Origin: Carcharhinus longimanus | Taxonomy: Eukaryota | Length of the DNA stretch: 64,000 nucleotides | Direction: 5' to 3' | NCBI GenBank assembly: GCA_030264375.1 | Contig: JASCQW010000098.1 | Span: 45,550,077 to 45,614,076 of the forward strand | Part shown: one piece after another, positions 48,211-62,690 of the stretch | How positions within the stretch are numbered: the first letter of the stretch is position 1 | Layout: every line of letters begins with the position of its first letter | Notes under the pieces: model-generated | What the model saw: only the letters and a program-made list of their open reading frames with translations | What the model was told of the DNA's origin: nothing | Database searches by the model: none | Made by a program: the position numbers and the translations under genes

Positions 48211-51200
48211 TAAGAAGCCATTCAGCTTCCGGGTCATTAGAAACCTGACAACTGAACCATAATCTGGTGAACATATTCGTGGTCTGACCAACTTGTGACT
48301 CCTGTCCAGCAGCAATGTTACTGACTCTCCCTTGCTCATTTAGGCTGTGCATCACTCAACTATGAATGATGAACAGCCATTCCCACTGAAAATTTAACAT
48401 AACCCAGTAATATGTGGCTGTAAAACTTGGCTACATTTGGCGAGTGGTGAGCAGATTGGACAGGACTGCTTTAGATTGGTAGAAGATTGGCGAAAGTGTC
48501 AAAAATCCTAGCTAGATAGGTAGAGTCAAAGTAAATTGAAAGCAACATGAGTACTACTCTACATTTTATTTTTGTGAATTCATTCACCAATAATAAATCA
48601 GTTGACTGATATTAAGCTGCTACCTACTTCTGAAATTTTATGACATTTTGCTACGTTATACAAGGTACCAATAATATTCAATTTTACAGAGAGCACAAGG
48701 AAGCAGTGTTAGCATGATTTGAAGTCTCAGCCTGTTTGTGTTAATTCCACAGATGTATATAATATGAAACAAATTTAAAATTTGTATTTGACTAATCCTT
48801 TTGCCTAGATTTGATACCATGATAATGATAACTATTACGGAATTATTATTAAAGAAGTCAGCCTGGTATCAGTTTATACAACATTTTGAGGTGCTTCTAA
48901 TGGGAGCAGTTTTATGTTGACGTACTGTGTTTGCATTGGGGAGCAGAGGTTTGTCTCTGCTTTTGATATTAACACTTGTACCTTTTAATTGTCTGCCCAA
49001 TCATGTTTCACGCAAACTAGCAAGACAATGTGAAAACTGCTTGTGGTCAGGAAAAGAATCTGTGCCATTGAAGACACAGCGCCATGTCATTTATTTTACA
49101 GCACCTGTGCCTAAATTGGCACTGCTGCAGATGGTAGATCCACGATATATCTACAGTAGCAGACTTTGTGTATATCCTGCTAAAGTACTGAAGCTAGTCT
49201 GCATTTTTATGTGTTAATTATGTCTTTTTGGAATCTGTAAACAAAGGATATATTCAAATTGTTTTCCTGCCTCGACAACACCCAATTGCTGTGGTAAGCA
49301 AGCTGCATTGCTGAGTCGAGAGGTCTGTTTGTAATGCCTGTGTCCTCATACCCGTCCATCTTGGAGTATTCCCAGGCAGGCAATCAAATGGTGACAGATC
49401 TGCATAATTGTATAGCAATGAACAGGTCCCTTTCGTAAGCATGCTCACACGCTAGGTGGAATTTAATGCCGCCCTCTGTGGCAGGGTGTTTAACCAAGTC
49501 ATAGGGAGGCGGGTGGGGTACCCGATTCCTTCCCTCCTCCATCCTGATTTAAGTGGGTCACAGTCCCCAACCTGTTGGTGCTGGTATTAACTCAGTAGCA
49601 GACAGAATGCTCACTGTGCGGGGAGTACGACAAGCAAATTCATGTTGTGGTTATTTGGTGCTGCTGAGAACCAACCCTAACTGCCACCTTTATCTCACAA
49701 GCCCCTGCCCCCATCTCACTGGCTTTCAAGCTGGCGAGCAGGACCCTCATTGCTGCCATTACCTACTGCCCATCCCATCATCGCCGCNNNNNNNNNNATT
49801 TCCTTCCAATGATTTCTGAATTCAGTGGTTGTTTCATCCAAATGGCACCCGGCAGCGCACATTTTCTGAAGTGTTGTGCTTTACTTTGGTTTATGAGCAG
49901 ACTGCAAGAAAATGCATTTCAACAATGTGCTGAATAGCTCTTTAAATGGACTAATATCAGCTTTATGGCCACACAATCAGAGAGCAACAAACTGGGAGTG
50001 TAACTAGTGACTAATAACAGTAATCTAATCCGATATTCCTATCGCAGTTGAAGCAGGATATCCACAATAAATATGCTAATTAGCAATGTAATACAACCAT
50101 TGACATATTTACTGTAATGTATTCTGTTGTTGTTGACTCTGGGTGGAGATGGCTGGTGAAGTTACTAAATAATTTTTTTCATTTTGTACCTGTGACAATC
50201 GGATGAATAGAACCAGGAAGATTAATTGCTTTGTTGACGACAAAATCACGTTAGTCATTATGAATATAAACGCTGTCTTAGTGTGCCTGTGCCTGTAAAA
50301 TGAAAATAGTTGCAATTTAAAATTTTCTCTTGTAATATCTAGTGTCAATTACAGACAAACAGTTAGGGCTGTACAAACATGCCTTGTCAATCAATGTTGC
50401 TCTGTCTCTCTGAGTAATGGAAATTGTCAGTTTCATATACTGGCAGGGTAATCTTTATATCAGAAAGATCCTTCGTGCTGTCCCGGAGGGGCTCATACTG
50501 ATATTGTAACAGAGCTATACAGGCAGCCATGACCCCTGTTCCATGCCATGTTATCGGGACTCAGCTGGTGTACCAGAGGCGTGTTGCAATTCATCTCGCT
50601 TTGCCTGGGTTCGGTTTCCCACGTGGATGTTCTCTCTCAGCACAGGTTCTTGCTTTCTGCCTGGGTTAACATTCTGAATGATCAACTTCTTGTTTTTATC
50701 CGGGCTAGGCTGCGTGATTTACCCTCCTGTTTTCTACTTAGAAAGGATTAAAATTGCCTTCCAGCTTCCTCCCCTACCCTTCCCTTCAGGACCATTAGTA
50801 CGGACTTCCAGGGGCATCGGTTGCTTTCTGGAGCTAGATCCAGCGGCTAATTTTTTATGTGATCCTAGTCCACCCTAAAGGACACTAAGGAATTCAGAGG
50901 TGACTCAATGCTATTAATCCCAGTGTCCATGCACTTTCAGTAAGGATCATTAGATGGTGACCAGGGGTAGGAATTCTCATGGACAGTTATTTCCTGCCCT
51001 CCTGATTTTGGTGCTCTGTAACTAATTGCAGTACCACAGATCCTGTCATGGCCTTCATCACCTTATTTGGCACAAACTCAGGATTAAAGCTTGAATCATG
51101 CTGTTTCATATAGCTAAGAGACTTGATAAGTTTATGCTGGGAGAATATTTAGTTTGTTTTTTAATACAAGTTTTAATAAATCTTATAAAACTGAACACTG

Positions 51201-51915
51201 GTGGAAAAGGTTTGAATCATTTGGACATGACTAGTGGCTGCTAATGCAGTAATATTTTTTTTCCTGATCTAGACTGAGACCTACAACATTCATATTGATT
51301 TTTACTCTTAAACTATCAGTAGGAAAAATTAAGATCTATAAACTTGCTTGTTTTTATGTTCACAGTACCTTCAGTCCTTGAAACCATTGCTAACCTGGAA
51401 CTGAAATAGTAGGACATAGCAGTACCTTCATAATCTCTTTCTTCAGCTGATTACAAAAATGACTGTTTATTGTTTTTAAACCATCACAACTTTATAAACT
51501 TTTATTTAGAAACATTTTACTGAAGTTTTATTTCCTTCAGAATCACATGACAATAAAATGAGTATTCACACAAGGATAATGAAGTAATGTGAGGATGGAA
51601 TCACAACCAGAGAATTGTTGATCAAAAATACATGCTGTATGTTTAAAAAGAATTGTTTTATAGCACAGAACAGCCATTTACAATAGAAAGGCAGAAATTT
51701 CTACACATACGGAGCAGATCATTTAGCACGTGTGGACAGAGCAGGTGAGCTGACATTTCTGCTGTAAACCCTTCATTTGAATTGGAAGCATTTATAGGTG
51801 AGCAGTCTTTAAAACATAAACATGGAAAAGCACACATACACATGTACACACAAACATCACAGATACAGGCATGCATGCACACAGATGCATGTGTACGCAC
51901 ATGAGCACACATACA

Positions 51916-52040
51916 GAGCGGAATTTTCCGACTCACCTGCCACAGGAATCAGCGGGCAGGGGATGGACTTTGCAAAGGTCCGTTGACCTCAGGCAGGATT
52001 TTCCAGTTTTGGGGTGAGCGTGACTAGAAAACATGCCAAC
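51916..52040. mobile_element. PIF/Harbinger-like MITE
   Basis: gagcggaattttcc terminus; interior shared with 15546-15615 (opposite strand). Confidence 0.6.
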
Positions 52041-55000
52041 AGTCTTTTGATGAAAACAGGAGATGCATGAATGGCTGATGTGATATGTAAGACAGTAGGA
52101 AGAAGTATTACAACAGAAATTAAAGACGGTTGATACAGAGAATGTGAGATTGGGAATAAGGCAGGATTGAAGTGCTAACAGGAAAAGTTGGCAAAGTGGA
52201 ATAGAACTCAGCAGCCCAGAGGCAGTAGGACAGTAACTGCCTCACCAGTGCAATACTCTATTGGGGGGCCCCCAGTCCAAATATATCCCTGGTGTCCTTA
52301 CCACTCCCTCCAAAATCCTCTAACGTTATGAGCATCACCTGCTACAAAAAAGTGGAAGTTAAAAGTTAATGTCTGAAATGACTAAAGTCAGTATGAAGGT
52401 GAGAGAGCTGCAATTGTAAATCTCCCTAAAAACTAAACATAGGATATTGTCGTGCAGAGCAAATTCAATCCTTGCTGTATTTCAAAAGCGAAGGATAATA
52501 AAGTACAAATAAATCTTAAAATCTGTGTTGATAAAGGGTGACCTGAGGACTGGAATGCAAAAATCTATTTTTTTATCCCATGTTGTTTGTGGTAATATCG
52601 TAAATGTGGAACAGATAGAGAAAGCTCACCTGTGTCCGGCTGACTGCCAGTCTCAGTGGGAAGCAAGTTCCCCAATTGTGTTGAGTTATCGTCCTGTGAA
52701 AAGTAAATCGCTTTTTCAGATGGAAGTGAATTGTGTGTCTGAATGGAAATTCAGACTGCATTGTACAGAAGGCACGGCATGCTGGGCCAGGACTGAGATT
52801 CCAGCAGTTAATTCAGAAGTACTGAATGGAAGTAGACAACCTATTGAATAGTTTAGGAAAAGTATTACACTCTATGCTGATGCAAGCATTTCCATTCACT
52901 CTTTAAAATTGTGAAGAGCTACCCATTGGTCAGACAGAATTAGTCTGACCAATAAGAAAATATATTAGTGTGCTGTTGACAATTTGAAAGTTGATTTAAT
53001 TTGTTAAAGATGGATCAAATAAAAAAAAATTAGCTTTTTTAAAGATTGTATGCATTACAAGCATAGTTTGTAGTGTTTCTTAAAGGTAATGTACATATCA
53101 TTGCAGTTTGTATCTAATTTATACCTTTTGTTTGGCTTAGTATTTTTTAAAAATTGAAGAGAAAATCCTAATGCTATCCATGGAAGTAAAGCACGTGTGA
53201 TCACTGGATGAATCAATGGCATTTCCAGAATTAAAGAATTTATAGAAAATCTGTTGGTCGAAACAAAGCTTCTAGTCATATGCAGTTGTAAGCAAAGGAG
53301 CTGGTGAGAACTTAGAGCTGGTATAATTAGCTATAGCAGCCCATTAAATTGCCAAAATGTGCAATCTTACAGTGCACTGAACAGCGCCATTTGATTGACG
53401 TTTGGATATATAACTCTACTTTGAACTTTGATGTAGTGGGGACAAGTACCCCTTTCAAAGTAGGACTTTTCTAGTCTAGACCAATAACTATTTATAGGCT
53501 TTCTGTGTCTCAGTTCCCCCCTCCCCCTCCATGCCATGCTGACTTTTCCAATAACACTCGTGTTCATGAAGCCCATGCAAGTGTCTGAGAAGCAACAACA
53601 AGTCTAGGACTCTTGGATGTTTATATTAACTTGTTCAGATCATCACTGAAACTTGAGGGAAGATGTATATTTAATAAATAAGTTCAAAGTTCCAGAATAC
53701 TTTTCCTCTCAATAGCATACTCTGACTTGTTTGTGACAGACTTGAGATGGGAATAGTGTACAATTAGTAAATCTTGACAGTTTTAAGATTGCATTTCCTG
53801 TAAATGATTTTTTATTATAATTCGCTTGAAACAATAAATTATGTTGAACAGTAATCTTAGTGTAACCATTAGCATTTGAGAAAGATGTACTTGAAAATTC
53901 CTAACCCTCGAAACACTATGGACAATACTTAATGCACTAGATGGATGTTTCCCCCAGTGGCTGGAGTGCCTCCTTTGGGGAAGACCTATCAGTATTAAGT
54001 GCTTCATTTAAGTGGTTAGCGGCAGGCCTTCCTTGAGAGCAAGAGCTGCTAGGGAGGGAGACTGGGAAGCATGGAAGCCCAGCCCCCAAGAGTTGCCAGC
54101 TAATCAGAGACTGATGGAGCATTTATTGCCTACTTAAGAATCTTAGTTGGTGACAGGGTGGGAAAGCCGTTCACCAGCGATCTCACCCCAGACTTAATTG
54201 GGCAAAGATGGGAAGATTGCTGGGTCACCATTCAGCACCCTCCCACCTATTTAAATGGTTTCCCCACCTCCAAACACCCCTCGAGGAAAAACATTAAATT
54301 CTGCCACATATGCGTGAGGAAGTAAGATTCCAAATGTAGTATTTTTGTCGTATTCCTTTCTTTTTTTATGGTGTCTTTTAGTTGATTAAGATTAGCGAAC
54401 TAAATTTGACTAATTTAGTGATGTTAATATTAGATTTGCTTTTCATTTATTTGTCAGTTGTTGCCCCTCTTCCGAAGCTTTGACTCCTCTTGTTTGGACA
54501 CGGCTCGACGGGTGACTCACGCCCTCCTGTACTTGGCTGAAGTCAGCATTCATGTCTATTCCATCTCAGCAGACACTGCAGCTGAGCTTCGTGCTGTTCC
54601 TGCCCGATAGTCAGTTAGGAGGCACAGTAACTTGACCTGCTGCATTCTCCAACCATCCAACTTCCACTCCCTCTCACCACTTTGCTGTATTTAGTTGCTG
54701 AGGGTTTGACTTCTTTCTTTTTGCTGTTCTGTCATTTTTCAGCTTATCCCAACAAAAGAGTTCTGCTTCCTTGCTCTGCTGCTTCATGTTCAGCACTCTA
54801 TTTGGAACATCAGCCTGTCTTTCACTTTCAGATAATCTGCTGTGTTTCCAACATCTCAGTATTTTTTCATATATAGGCTCGATGGTTATCACTCACTGCC
54901 CAACAGATGTAACTAATTCAAAGCCTAAATAATGATTAATGATGAATATTTGAATACGTTTTGAGGAGTAATGGACTCTACTGAAACCACACCTTCTCCT

Positions 55001-55511
55001 CCCACCTCCCAGGCTGCCAATGTGATCCCAGCAGCAAAATCTGAATGCCCTTGTATGACTCAAAGTAACGGACTCCGAAGTTTTACACTTTGGGCCAAAT
55101 CTTGTAAGCTGCAAGTTTGTTGGCTGGGGACATTTAATCAAGTTGGAGGATGGGGATCCCATATCTTCTGACCTCCACCTCAATCAGGTCCATGGGATGA
55201 TCTTCCCACCCTGCTGCCAAATTGAGGCCATAATATGGGCAGTTAATGCCTACTTAAGGGCCTTGTACTGCCATCACTGGTATTGGGTCATGGCAGGAGG
55301 ACTCGCCATATGGGTGCATGACAGAGAAACCGCTCTGGGATTGCTTGCAAGCTCCCAGGAGGACTGCTGAGAGCCAAATGCTTTTGCTGCTGAACTCCTT
55401 CACCAACAGTCCCCTCCGCCTGACTTCACCACATGACTCCTCCTGCCACCATCAGTCATCTCTGAACTGGGATCCAGCAAAGATCCGAGGCCTGAGATGA
55501 TGTCATACCAG

Positions 55512-56378
55512 TGTTATAAAGCAGAGGTGGATCCCCCCGCCCCCTCTGAGAACTAAGACCGAAATACCCAAATGGGAGTACCTCATCCTGTTAAAAAAAA
55601 AAGTGAGAAGTGGTGTGATCTTTTCAGCAACTTCCAGTGGTTAAATCAAAGTAAGTCTCTGACACTCTCTAAAATCAACACATAATCTAACAGTGAGCAA
55701 ATTAACTAAACTATTAACAAACTGAATAAATCCCTTCTAACTATTAACTATTCCAGAATAAAACAAGATTCTAATGGAATGCTGTTCAGATTAATACAAT
55801 TCCCTTTCATTAACAAAAATAGTATTTAGTCATTCTCTAAATTACAACCAGGTTTTGTGTCGTCTGGAATATTCTGGGTCTTCTCTGTTGATTCTTCTAT
55901 CTGGCACTTTTTTTAGGGTACCTTTGCTATCTAGATGATGCTTTCTGTAAGGCATAGATGAAGTGATCAGAGCCAGCAATTTTCTGTCTCTCTCTAGAGC
56001 TGTTAACTCTGTCAGGTGACAGTTGCTCTCTCTTCTTTGTCCCACTGCCCCCTTCCTTTATACCCATGATGACATATTAATATTTCCCACAATAGGATTG
56101 ATTCTAGGTTGTCAAAACCATCAGATTTAAATTCAATAGGTTGTTGGTATCTAAGTACCTGATTCAAATTGATTGGCTAAATTCAAAACCCTGTTATCTT
56201 GGTTAAAAACTGCTGCTTGGCCTTTTGATACAAATGTTTCAGCTTGGGCTCTCTGTGTACATGCATTTTTTAAACTCTCTAAGCACAGAAAAAGCACCAT
56301 CTTTTAACAGGACCATGCAATGCTTTGCCCCCTAGCATTTTATAATTTTACAAACACCAAATTCTAACTTTGGCAACA
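55512..56378 (-). mobile_element. Solo LTR (867 bp; Gypsy/ERV-like) inside an older GC-rich repeat
   Basis: TGTT..AACA termini; 4-bp TSD CCAG (55508-11 / 56379-82); minus-strand TATA-like gtataaa ~56060. Strand tentative. Confidence 0.7.
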
Positions 56379-56789
56379 CCAGGAGCCGTCATCTCCTCCC
56401 CAGTGGCTTTGCTATTCTGTGGAGCTGCCAACCCCTGATTCATCTGCAGCGCTTGTCGGGCAGGACATCAGCCCTGAGCCAAGGGGAAGGCTGGCCACTA
56501 TCTGGTTAAGTTCCTGAGTGGAACTGAGATTTGGATAGAGATAACATCACGTTCCATCGAGCTCTCCAATTACTGGCTGAGATCCCACCATCTTCACAAA
56601 GTTTCCACCCTATGTCTAGTGTTCCATGTACTATCAATTAGAAATGAAAGCACTGTGAATTTACCCATTTAATCCAGTTTCCAGTCATTGGTGAAGATGC
56701 TACCAGGGTGAGTTATAGTGAAATGTTATGACTTGTAGTTTCTTTGGGAATTAATAAACAATAATAAAATTATTATTAATAAATATCAC

Positions 56790-57065
56790 TATGGCCTAGT
56801 GATATTATCGTTCAAGTATTAACCCAGAAAGTCAGCTAATGTTCTGGGGACCCAGGTTTGAATCAAGCCACGGCAGGTGATGGAACTTGAATTCAATAAA
56901 ACACATCTGGAATTAAGAATCTACTGATGACCATAAAACTATTGTTGATTGTTGGAATAACCCAGCTGGTTCACTAATGTCCTTTAGGGAAGGAAAACTG
57001 CTGCCCTAACCTGATCTGGCTTACATGTGACTTCACAGCCACAACAATGCAGTTGACTTTCAACT
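56790..57065 (+). mobile_element. tRNA-headed element (family of 27612-28068), 3' truncated
   Basis: ctggttcactaatgtcctttagggaaggaaa core; A/B-box-like head. Confidence 0.85.
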
Positions 57066-58494
57066 GATTGATGCAGGCGTGGAGGGCTGAAGAGCCTGTT
57101 CCTGTGCAGTAATTTTCTTTGTTCTTTGTTCTTAGTCTGCTTCTCAATTTAGGAGAGTTAGTCTGTGAATTTTTCTGCGCCTTGTTTTTCCAAACAGGCA
57201 AGTATTTAAAACGTCAATGTTGAAATATCATGACACTGTTTCAGCATCACTAATTGATAGATGTGTATAGGGACAGAGAGTTCCCAGTGAGTTGACTATG
57301 TTAAGATTCTACAAACTGTAGCAAACAAGCATAATGCTGAGCTCCCTGATCTTGGCACAATGTCAGAACATGGTTTGAGTAAAATATGGCAGATATTTGT
57401 TAATAGTAGCTGTATAGAGTGACTACTTATTCAGCAAGGTTGAGGAATTTTCACCTGAAATAGTTATGGAGTGTTTTAGTCAGTTTTTCTTGTCCTAAGT
57501 CACACAGTCAACTTTGTAAGGGAGAATGTGCTGGCTCCAAGCAGAATTGCTCCCTTATTCCAATTTGTGGGCTTGGTGTAAATGTGCCAGTATTGTTTCC
57601 TGTGGTGTTGTACAGTAATGCTGGGTTGCAGTCAATGTTTTCTAGCCCATCTCAGCCTGTCGAGTGTCACAATTATGGCGCCAGGCAGTAAAGCGTGCTT
57701 CCTGTGTCTCAGACTGACAATGAAAAGGGCTCGGTAATGAAACACATTTATCATCACAGCATCAAAAGAGCAGGCATCTAATTTTTTATAGCTCGTCACA
57801 GAGCAGGGAAGGATTTGGCTCATATTACGCTCAACTTGAGGTGTATTTAACCCTTCGAAGACTATTGGGATTGTCCCTTTTTATTTTCAGTCAAAATAAC
57901 ACGTGAGGCTGGATTTCCACTGAATTGGGCGGATTCCGATTCTCCGAATCCAATCCCGTTCCTATGGTTTCCAATTTCAGGAGGGCCTTTTAAAGGTATG
58001 GGCTGGTTCGGGTCGAAACCCCAGACCTGGCTGATTCGATTGCAGAGATAGGCATTTCCGTAGTCTTCTGCAGTCTTTATGGAGTTGGGTCAGCTTTTCA
58101 AAGAAGCATGCTTTAAAGTATCTCAGAGGTGCCATTAACATAGTTTGTGTGAGGGGATCTTTTGTAAAATAAGTTCAAAAGATTCTCCGCATGATTTCCA
58201 TGCCAAGGGATAATTCCCAAATAACCACCTTGGCCTGTCATGCCCCCCTCTCCCTGCAAAGCCCAGTTCATGTTCATTCACTGACTATACATTGTATAGA
58301 AGCAAAAAACAACATAGTGACAGTAGAACATGTAATAACATTTTTAAAAAATCATTCATTGGTAACTTTCCAGTTTCTTAAAAGGAAAACCCCCTCTTAC
58401 TATAGACCAATGCAAGTGTTAATCATCCAGACCGTTCAAGAATGAATAGCTGAAACTTCAAACATTTGATACCTCTTCATCCTGTGCAAATTGG

Positions 58495-58825
58495 GGAGGT
58501 GTTGGCCTTGTGGTATTATTGCTGGACTGTTAATCCAAAAAGTCATGTTTCTGGAGAGTTGGGTTCGAATTCCAGCAGCTGGTGTAATTTGAATTCAATA
58601 AAAAAGTCTGGAATTAAGAATCTACTGATGACCATGAAACCATTGTCAATTGTTGGAAAAACCTATCTGGTTCACTAATGTCCTTTAGGGAAGGAAATCT
58701 GCTGCCCTTACCTGGTCTTGTTTACATGTGACTCCAGAGCCATAGCAATGTGGTTGAGTCTCAATTTCCTTCCAAGGGATGGGCAGTAAATGCTCGCCAT
58801 GTCCCATAAATGAATAAAGAAAATA
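58495..58825 (+). mobile_element. tRNA-headed element (same family), short tail
   Basis: B box gggttcgaattcc (58561); same core; tail agggatgggcagtaaatgct. Confidence 0.85.
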
Positions 58826-59149
58826 ATAAACATTGTGAAATTGACAGCGTAGATGGGAAAACCAGAGCTGTCAGTGAAAGTGTTTTCCCTGGGACTCAGG
58901 TGTTTCAACAAGTGAATTGATGTCTGGGCTTACAACAAAGCCTCATTATGTATATTTGTCCAAGAGCTTAGACCTCTAATAGAGGTCTGGAGTCTCAGCA
59001 AGGATACATGTGTCACAAAAACACCTGAGCCCCAGATGGGTGAGGGCTGGAGGGCCTTTCTGTTTTTTCTTAATTGGGGACGAAGTCCCTCAGCACAAAG
59101 TCAGACCTTTTAAACCACCTGTCTCTGCCTGGCATCCCCCATTTTGACC

Positions 59150-59350
59150 TCAACTATTTTCTGTGTTAGTAAATTTCAGATTCACTTCTCTCTGGGTGAA
59201 GAAATTTCTTCTTGCCTCAGTGCTAAAAGGTTTACCCCTTATCCTCAAATTATGACCCCTAGTTCTAGACTCCTCCACCTTTGGGAACATCCTTTCTAAA
59301 TCTGCCCTTTCTAACCCTGCTGGAATTTTATACGTTTCTATGAGATCTCT
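59150..59350 (-). mobile_element. CR1/HER1 3' fragment
   Basis: RDLIETYKI..RMFPKVEESRTRGHNLRIRG..RRNFFTQR. Confidence 0.9.
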
Positions 59351-60237
59351 ACAATGAAAATCCTGTCCTTGCAGACCCTTTATCCTGAGCTGAATGGGGG
59401 AGCTGGTAATTTTCCTGCTACCTGCCTCAAGGGTGGAACTCTGGCCCACGACCCCCAGCTTTTGAGATTTAATTGTGGAAGAATGGATAGATGTAGAAAG
59501 AAATGAAAGATTTCAGGCACAAGCCAAGGATGCTGTCAAAACATGAGAAACCAAACCAATCTCCTCCTCCCCATCTAGGAGAACTGATGAGACACTGCTA
59601 TGATCATCTCCATGAGATCGGTCAACACAAAGCAGATTATGTTCCAATCTGGGATCTTGCTGCCTTGCAGTTTGCTTCATATTAGACAGAGCATTAACTG
59701 GTTGAGTACGATTAAATTAAACTTTACTTTAAAAATATTGAATGGATGCTTACTGTCCTAGAGCATTTATTCCACTTTTTAAAAAACATCCAGCTTTTGG
59801 ATGTTAGAGCTGAAAGATTGTTATGATGTGTATAGGCATGTATAAAAGTGTTTACACGCACATTGTTACAAACCTGTGGGAAGGCAACGGATGAGTATTT
59901 ATTTCCTCCTACCACCATAAATGAAAGCTGGAGCATCGTTGGACAAGCAATTATTGTGTGTTGTATGGCAGGTGTATAGAATAGGCCAAATTTGTCTGTC
60001 CTTCCTCAAAATCAGATCTTTGATCAGGTCTTGCTTTCATCTGTTAGAGCTGATGACTTTTCTGAGATTGCTTTAAAATAAAAAGGTAACCTCCGCCCTC
60101 TTCTCCACCTTTTCTCTACTACAGATCATCCCCTTAACACCCCCTCCTCTATCCTCTCCTCCCTCACCTCCAATAATAAGTGCATGGATCTCTTTGTCAC
60201 TGAGATCAAGACCATCTGATCAGCTGCTTCTGATTTG

Positions 60238-60905
60238 GGAGGTGGTGGTGTCATGGTATAGTCAGTGGACTAGTAATTCAGAGACTCGGGGCTAATGCTC
60301 TGGGGAGCTGGGTTTGAATTCCACTATGGCAAATGGTGAAATTTGAATTCAATAAAAATCTGGAATTAAAATCCTAATGATGACCACGAAACCATTGTTG
60401 ATTGTTCTAAAAACTCATCTGGTTCATTAACGTACTTTATAGAAGGATATTTGCCACTCTTTCCTTGCCTGGTCTGGCCTACATGTGATTCCAGACCCAC
60501 AGCAATGGGCAGCATGGTGGCACAGGAATTAGCACTGCTGCCTCACAGCACCAGGGATCTGGTTTCAACCCCAACCCTGGGTGATTATCTGTCTGTGTGG
60601 AATTTGCATATTCTCTCTGTGTCTTCTTGGGTTTCCTCTAATTTCCTCCAACAGTCCAAAGGTGTGCAGATTAGGTGGATTGGTTGTGCTATATTGCCCT
60701 TCAATGACCCAGGATGTTTAGGTTAGGAGGATTAGTGGAGTAAATACGTGGGGTTACAGGGATAGGGCCTTGGTACGATGCTCGTCGGAGTATTGATGCA
60801 GACTCGATGGGCCCTTCTGCACAGTAGGGGTTCTATGATGTCTGAAATTAGGGGTGGATAATAAATGCTGGCCCAATCACTGATACCCACACCCCCAAAC
60901 AAATT
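60238..60905 (+). mobile_element. tRNA-headed element (family of 27612-28068) interrupted by HE1
   Basis: Head and core 60238-60506; tail 60841-60905. Confidence 0.8.
60507..60840 (+). mobile_element. HE1 SINE
   Basis: gggcagcatggtggcac head, V core, tail. Confidence 0.85.
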
Positions 60906-62214
60906 TTTAAAAAACCTGCTCCCTTAACCTTATTCCCATTAAACTGCTGACCACCTGACTTGTTCTCCATGCACCATTTTAGCTGAAATTGCTCCTGGTG
61001 CTCATTCTTCAGATATTGTCCCTGTTTCCTATAAATCTGTTGTCACCATCCTTCCCCTCGAAGGAACGGACCTTTGACCTTTCAAAGTACCATCCAATCT
61101 CCGACAACCCTTTTCTCTGGCAAGTCCTTGTACCTGATGTTGCTTCTTAAATCTGTGCCCATCTTTCTCATAAGTCTGTGTTTGAATCCCTCTAATTAGG
61201 TATCTACCTCTGTTACAGTAACAAAACAGTTTTCATCAAAGTCAAAAATAGTATCAGATAGGACTAAGATAAAGATAAGCTTTCCCTCACTATTCTTCTC
61301 AAACTCTCTGTTGCCTTTGACATGGTTGAGCACACCATCCTTTTCCATTGCTGTCCAGCTGGTTAGGGCTGCTCCCATTGGTTTTACTCTTATCCATCTA
61401 CTTGTATCTGGTGTATCACTTCTCTTCCTGTCACACTGTTACATCTAGTGTCCCCCAGGAATCTATCCTTGGCCCTTTCCTATTTTTCATTAACTTTGCA
61501 GTCCCTTGTGATATCACCTGAAAGCACAGCATTAATTTTCATGCTGATGATACCCTGTACTGCCTCACCGCTATTTCTCTCATGCACAAACTGTCAGACT
61601 GCCTATCTGACACTGGGTGAGATTTCCTACATTTAAATATTGGGATGACTGAAATTATTGGTTTTGGTCCCTATTCCAAAATTTGTTCCTAAGCTCCTTA
61701 CTCCATCCCAATCTCTGCCAAAATCTCTTTTCAATGATATTCAACCTGGAGATGACCTCGAGCACATTAAGATCACCTATTTTCCATATCAATAACATTA
61801 CTGGACTTTGCCCTTGTCTCAGCTCATCTGCATTTGAAACCCTAATTTATATCTATGCTGCCTCTACACTTGACTATTCCAGCGTGCTTCTGGCTGGTCT
61901 CCCATGTTCTACCCTCCAAAAACTTGGGGCCATTCAGAGCTCTGCTATCCATGTCTTGACTTGTGCCAAGCTCCATTCACTCATCATTCCCAGTGCTGGC
62001 TGTCTTACATTGACACCCAATCAAACAAAATCTTAATTTTAAAATTCTAATTCTTGTTTTTAAGTCCTCCCGTTCCTTGTCTCTGTCTCTGATCTCCCCC
62101 AGACCCACAGCCCGCCTGGTTATCTTGGTTTTGATCTTTGAAATCCCTCCCTAGCCCTCTCTGCCTCTCTACCTTACTTTCCTCCTTTAAGGCACACCTT
62201 AAAACCCTCTTTGA

Positions 62215-62380
62215 ATCATAGAATCACTAAAGTGCAGAATGAGGCCATTTGGCCCATTGAGTCTGCACTGATCACAATCCCACTCAGGCCCTATTCCCTA
62301 ACCCCACTTATTATTTACCCTTCTAGTCCCCCTAACGCTAGGGTCAATTTAGCATGGCCAATCAACCTAACCCACACATC
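62215..62380 (-). mobile_element. HE1 3' fragment
   Basis: atcatagaatc..ggccatttggccc..caatttagcatggccaatcaacctaacc. Confidence 0.85.
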
Positions 62381-62410
62381 TTAAGACCAAACATTGGTCT
62401 TGTAACTGCT

Positions 62411-62690
62411 GAGGTGGCACAGTGGTTAGCACAGCTGCCTCACAGTGGTAGGAACCCGGGTTCGATTTCTAGCTTGAGTCACTGTCTGTGCAGAGTCTGG
62501 ACATTCTCCCTGTGTCTGTGTGGCCTTCCTCTGGGTGCTCTGGTTTCCTCCCACTGTCCAAAAGATGCGCTCACCATGTTAAATTCTCCCTTAGTCTACC
62601 CGAACAGGCACTGGAGTGTAGCGACTAGGGGATTTTCACCTCATTACTGTGGTAACATAAGCCGACTTGTGACACTAAGAAATGAACTGA
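62411..62690 (+). mobile_element. V-SINE with alternative tail
   Basis: A/B boxes (tggcacagtgg, gggttcgatt), V core, tail cccgaacagg..gactaggggattttcac..acttgtgacact. Confidence 0.85.

Noticed and set aside
48790-48925. Acceptor-like ctaat..ttttgcctag followed by ATG and a short ORF
   Set aside because: No MAML exon-2 similarity and no good donor
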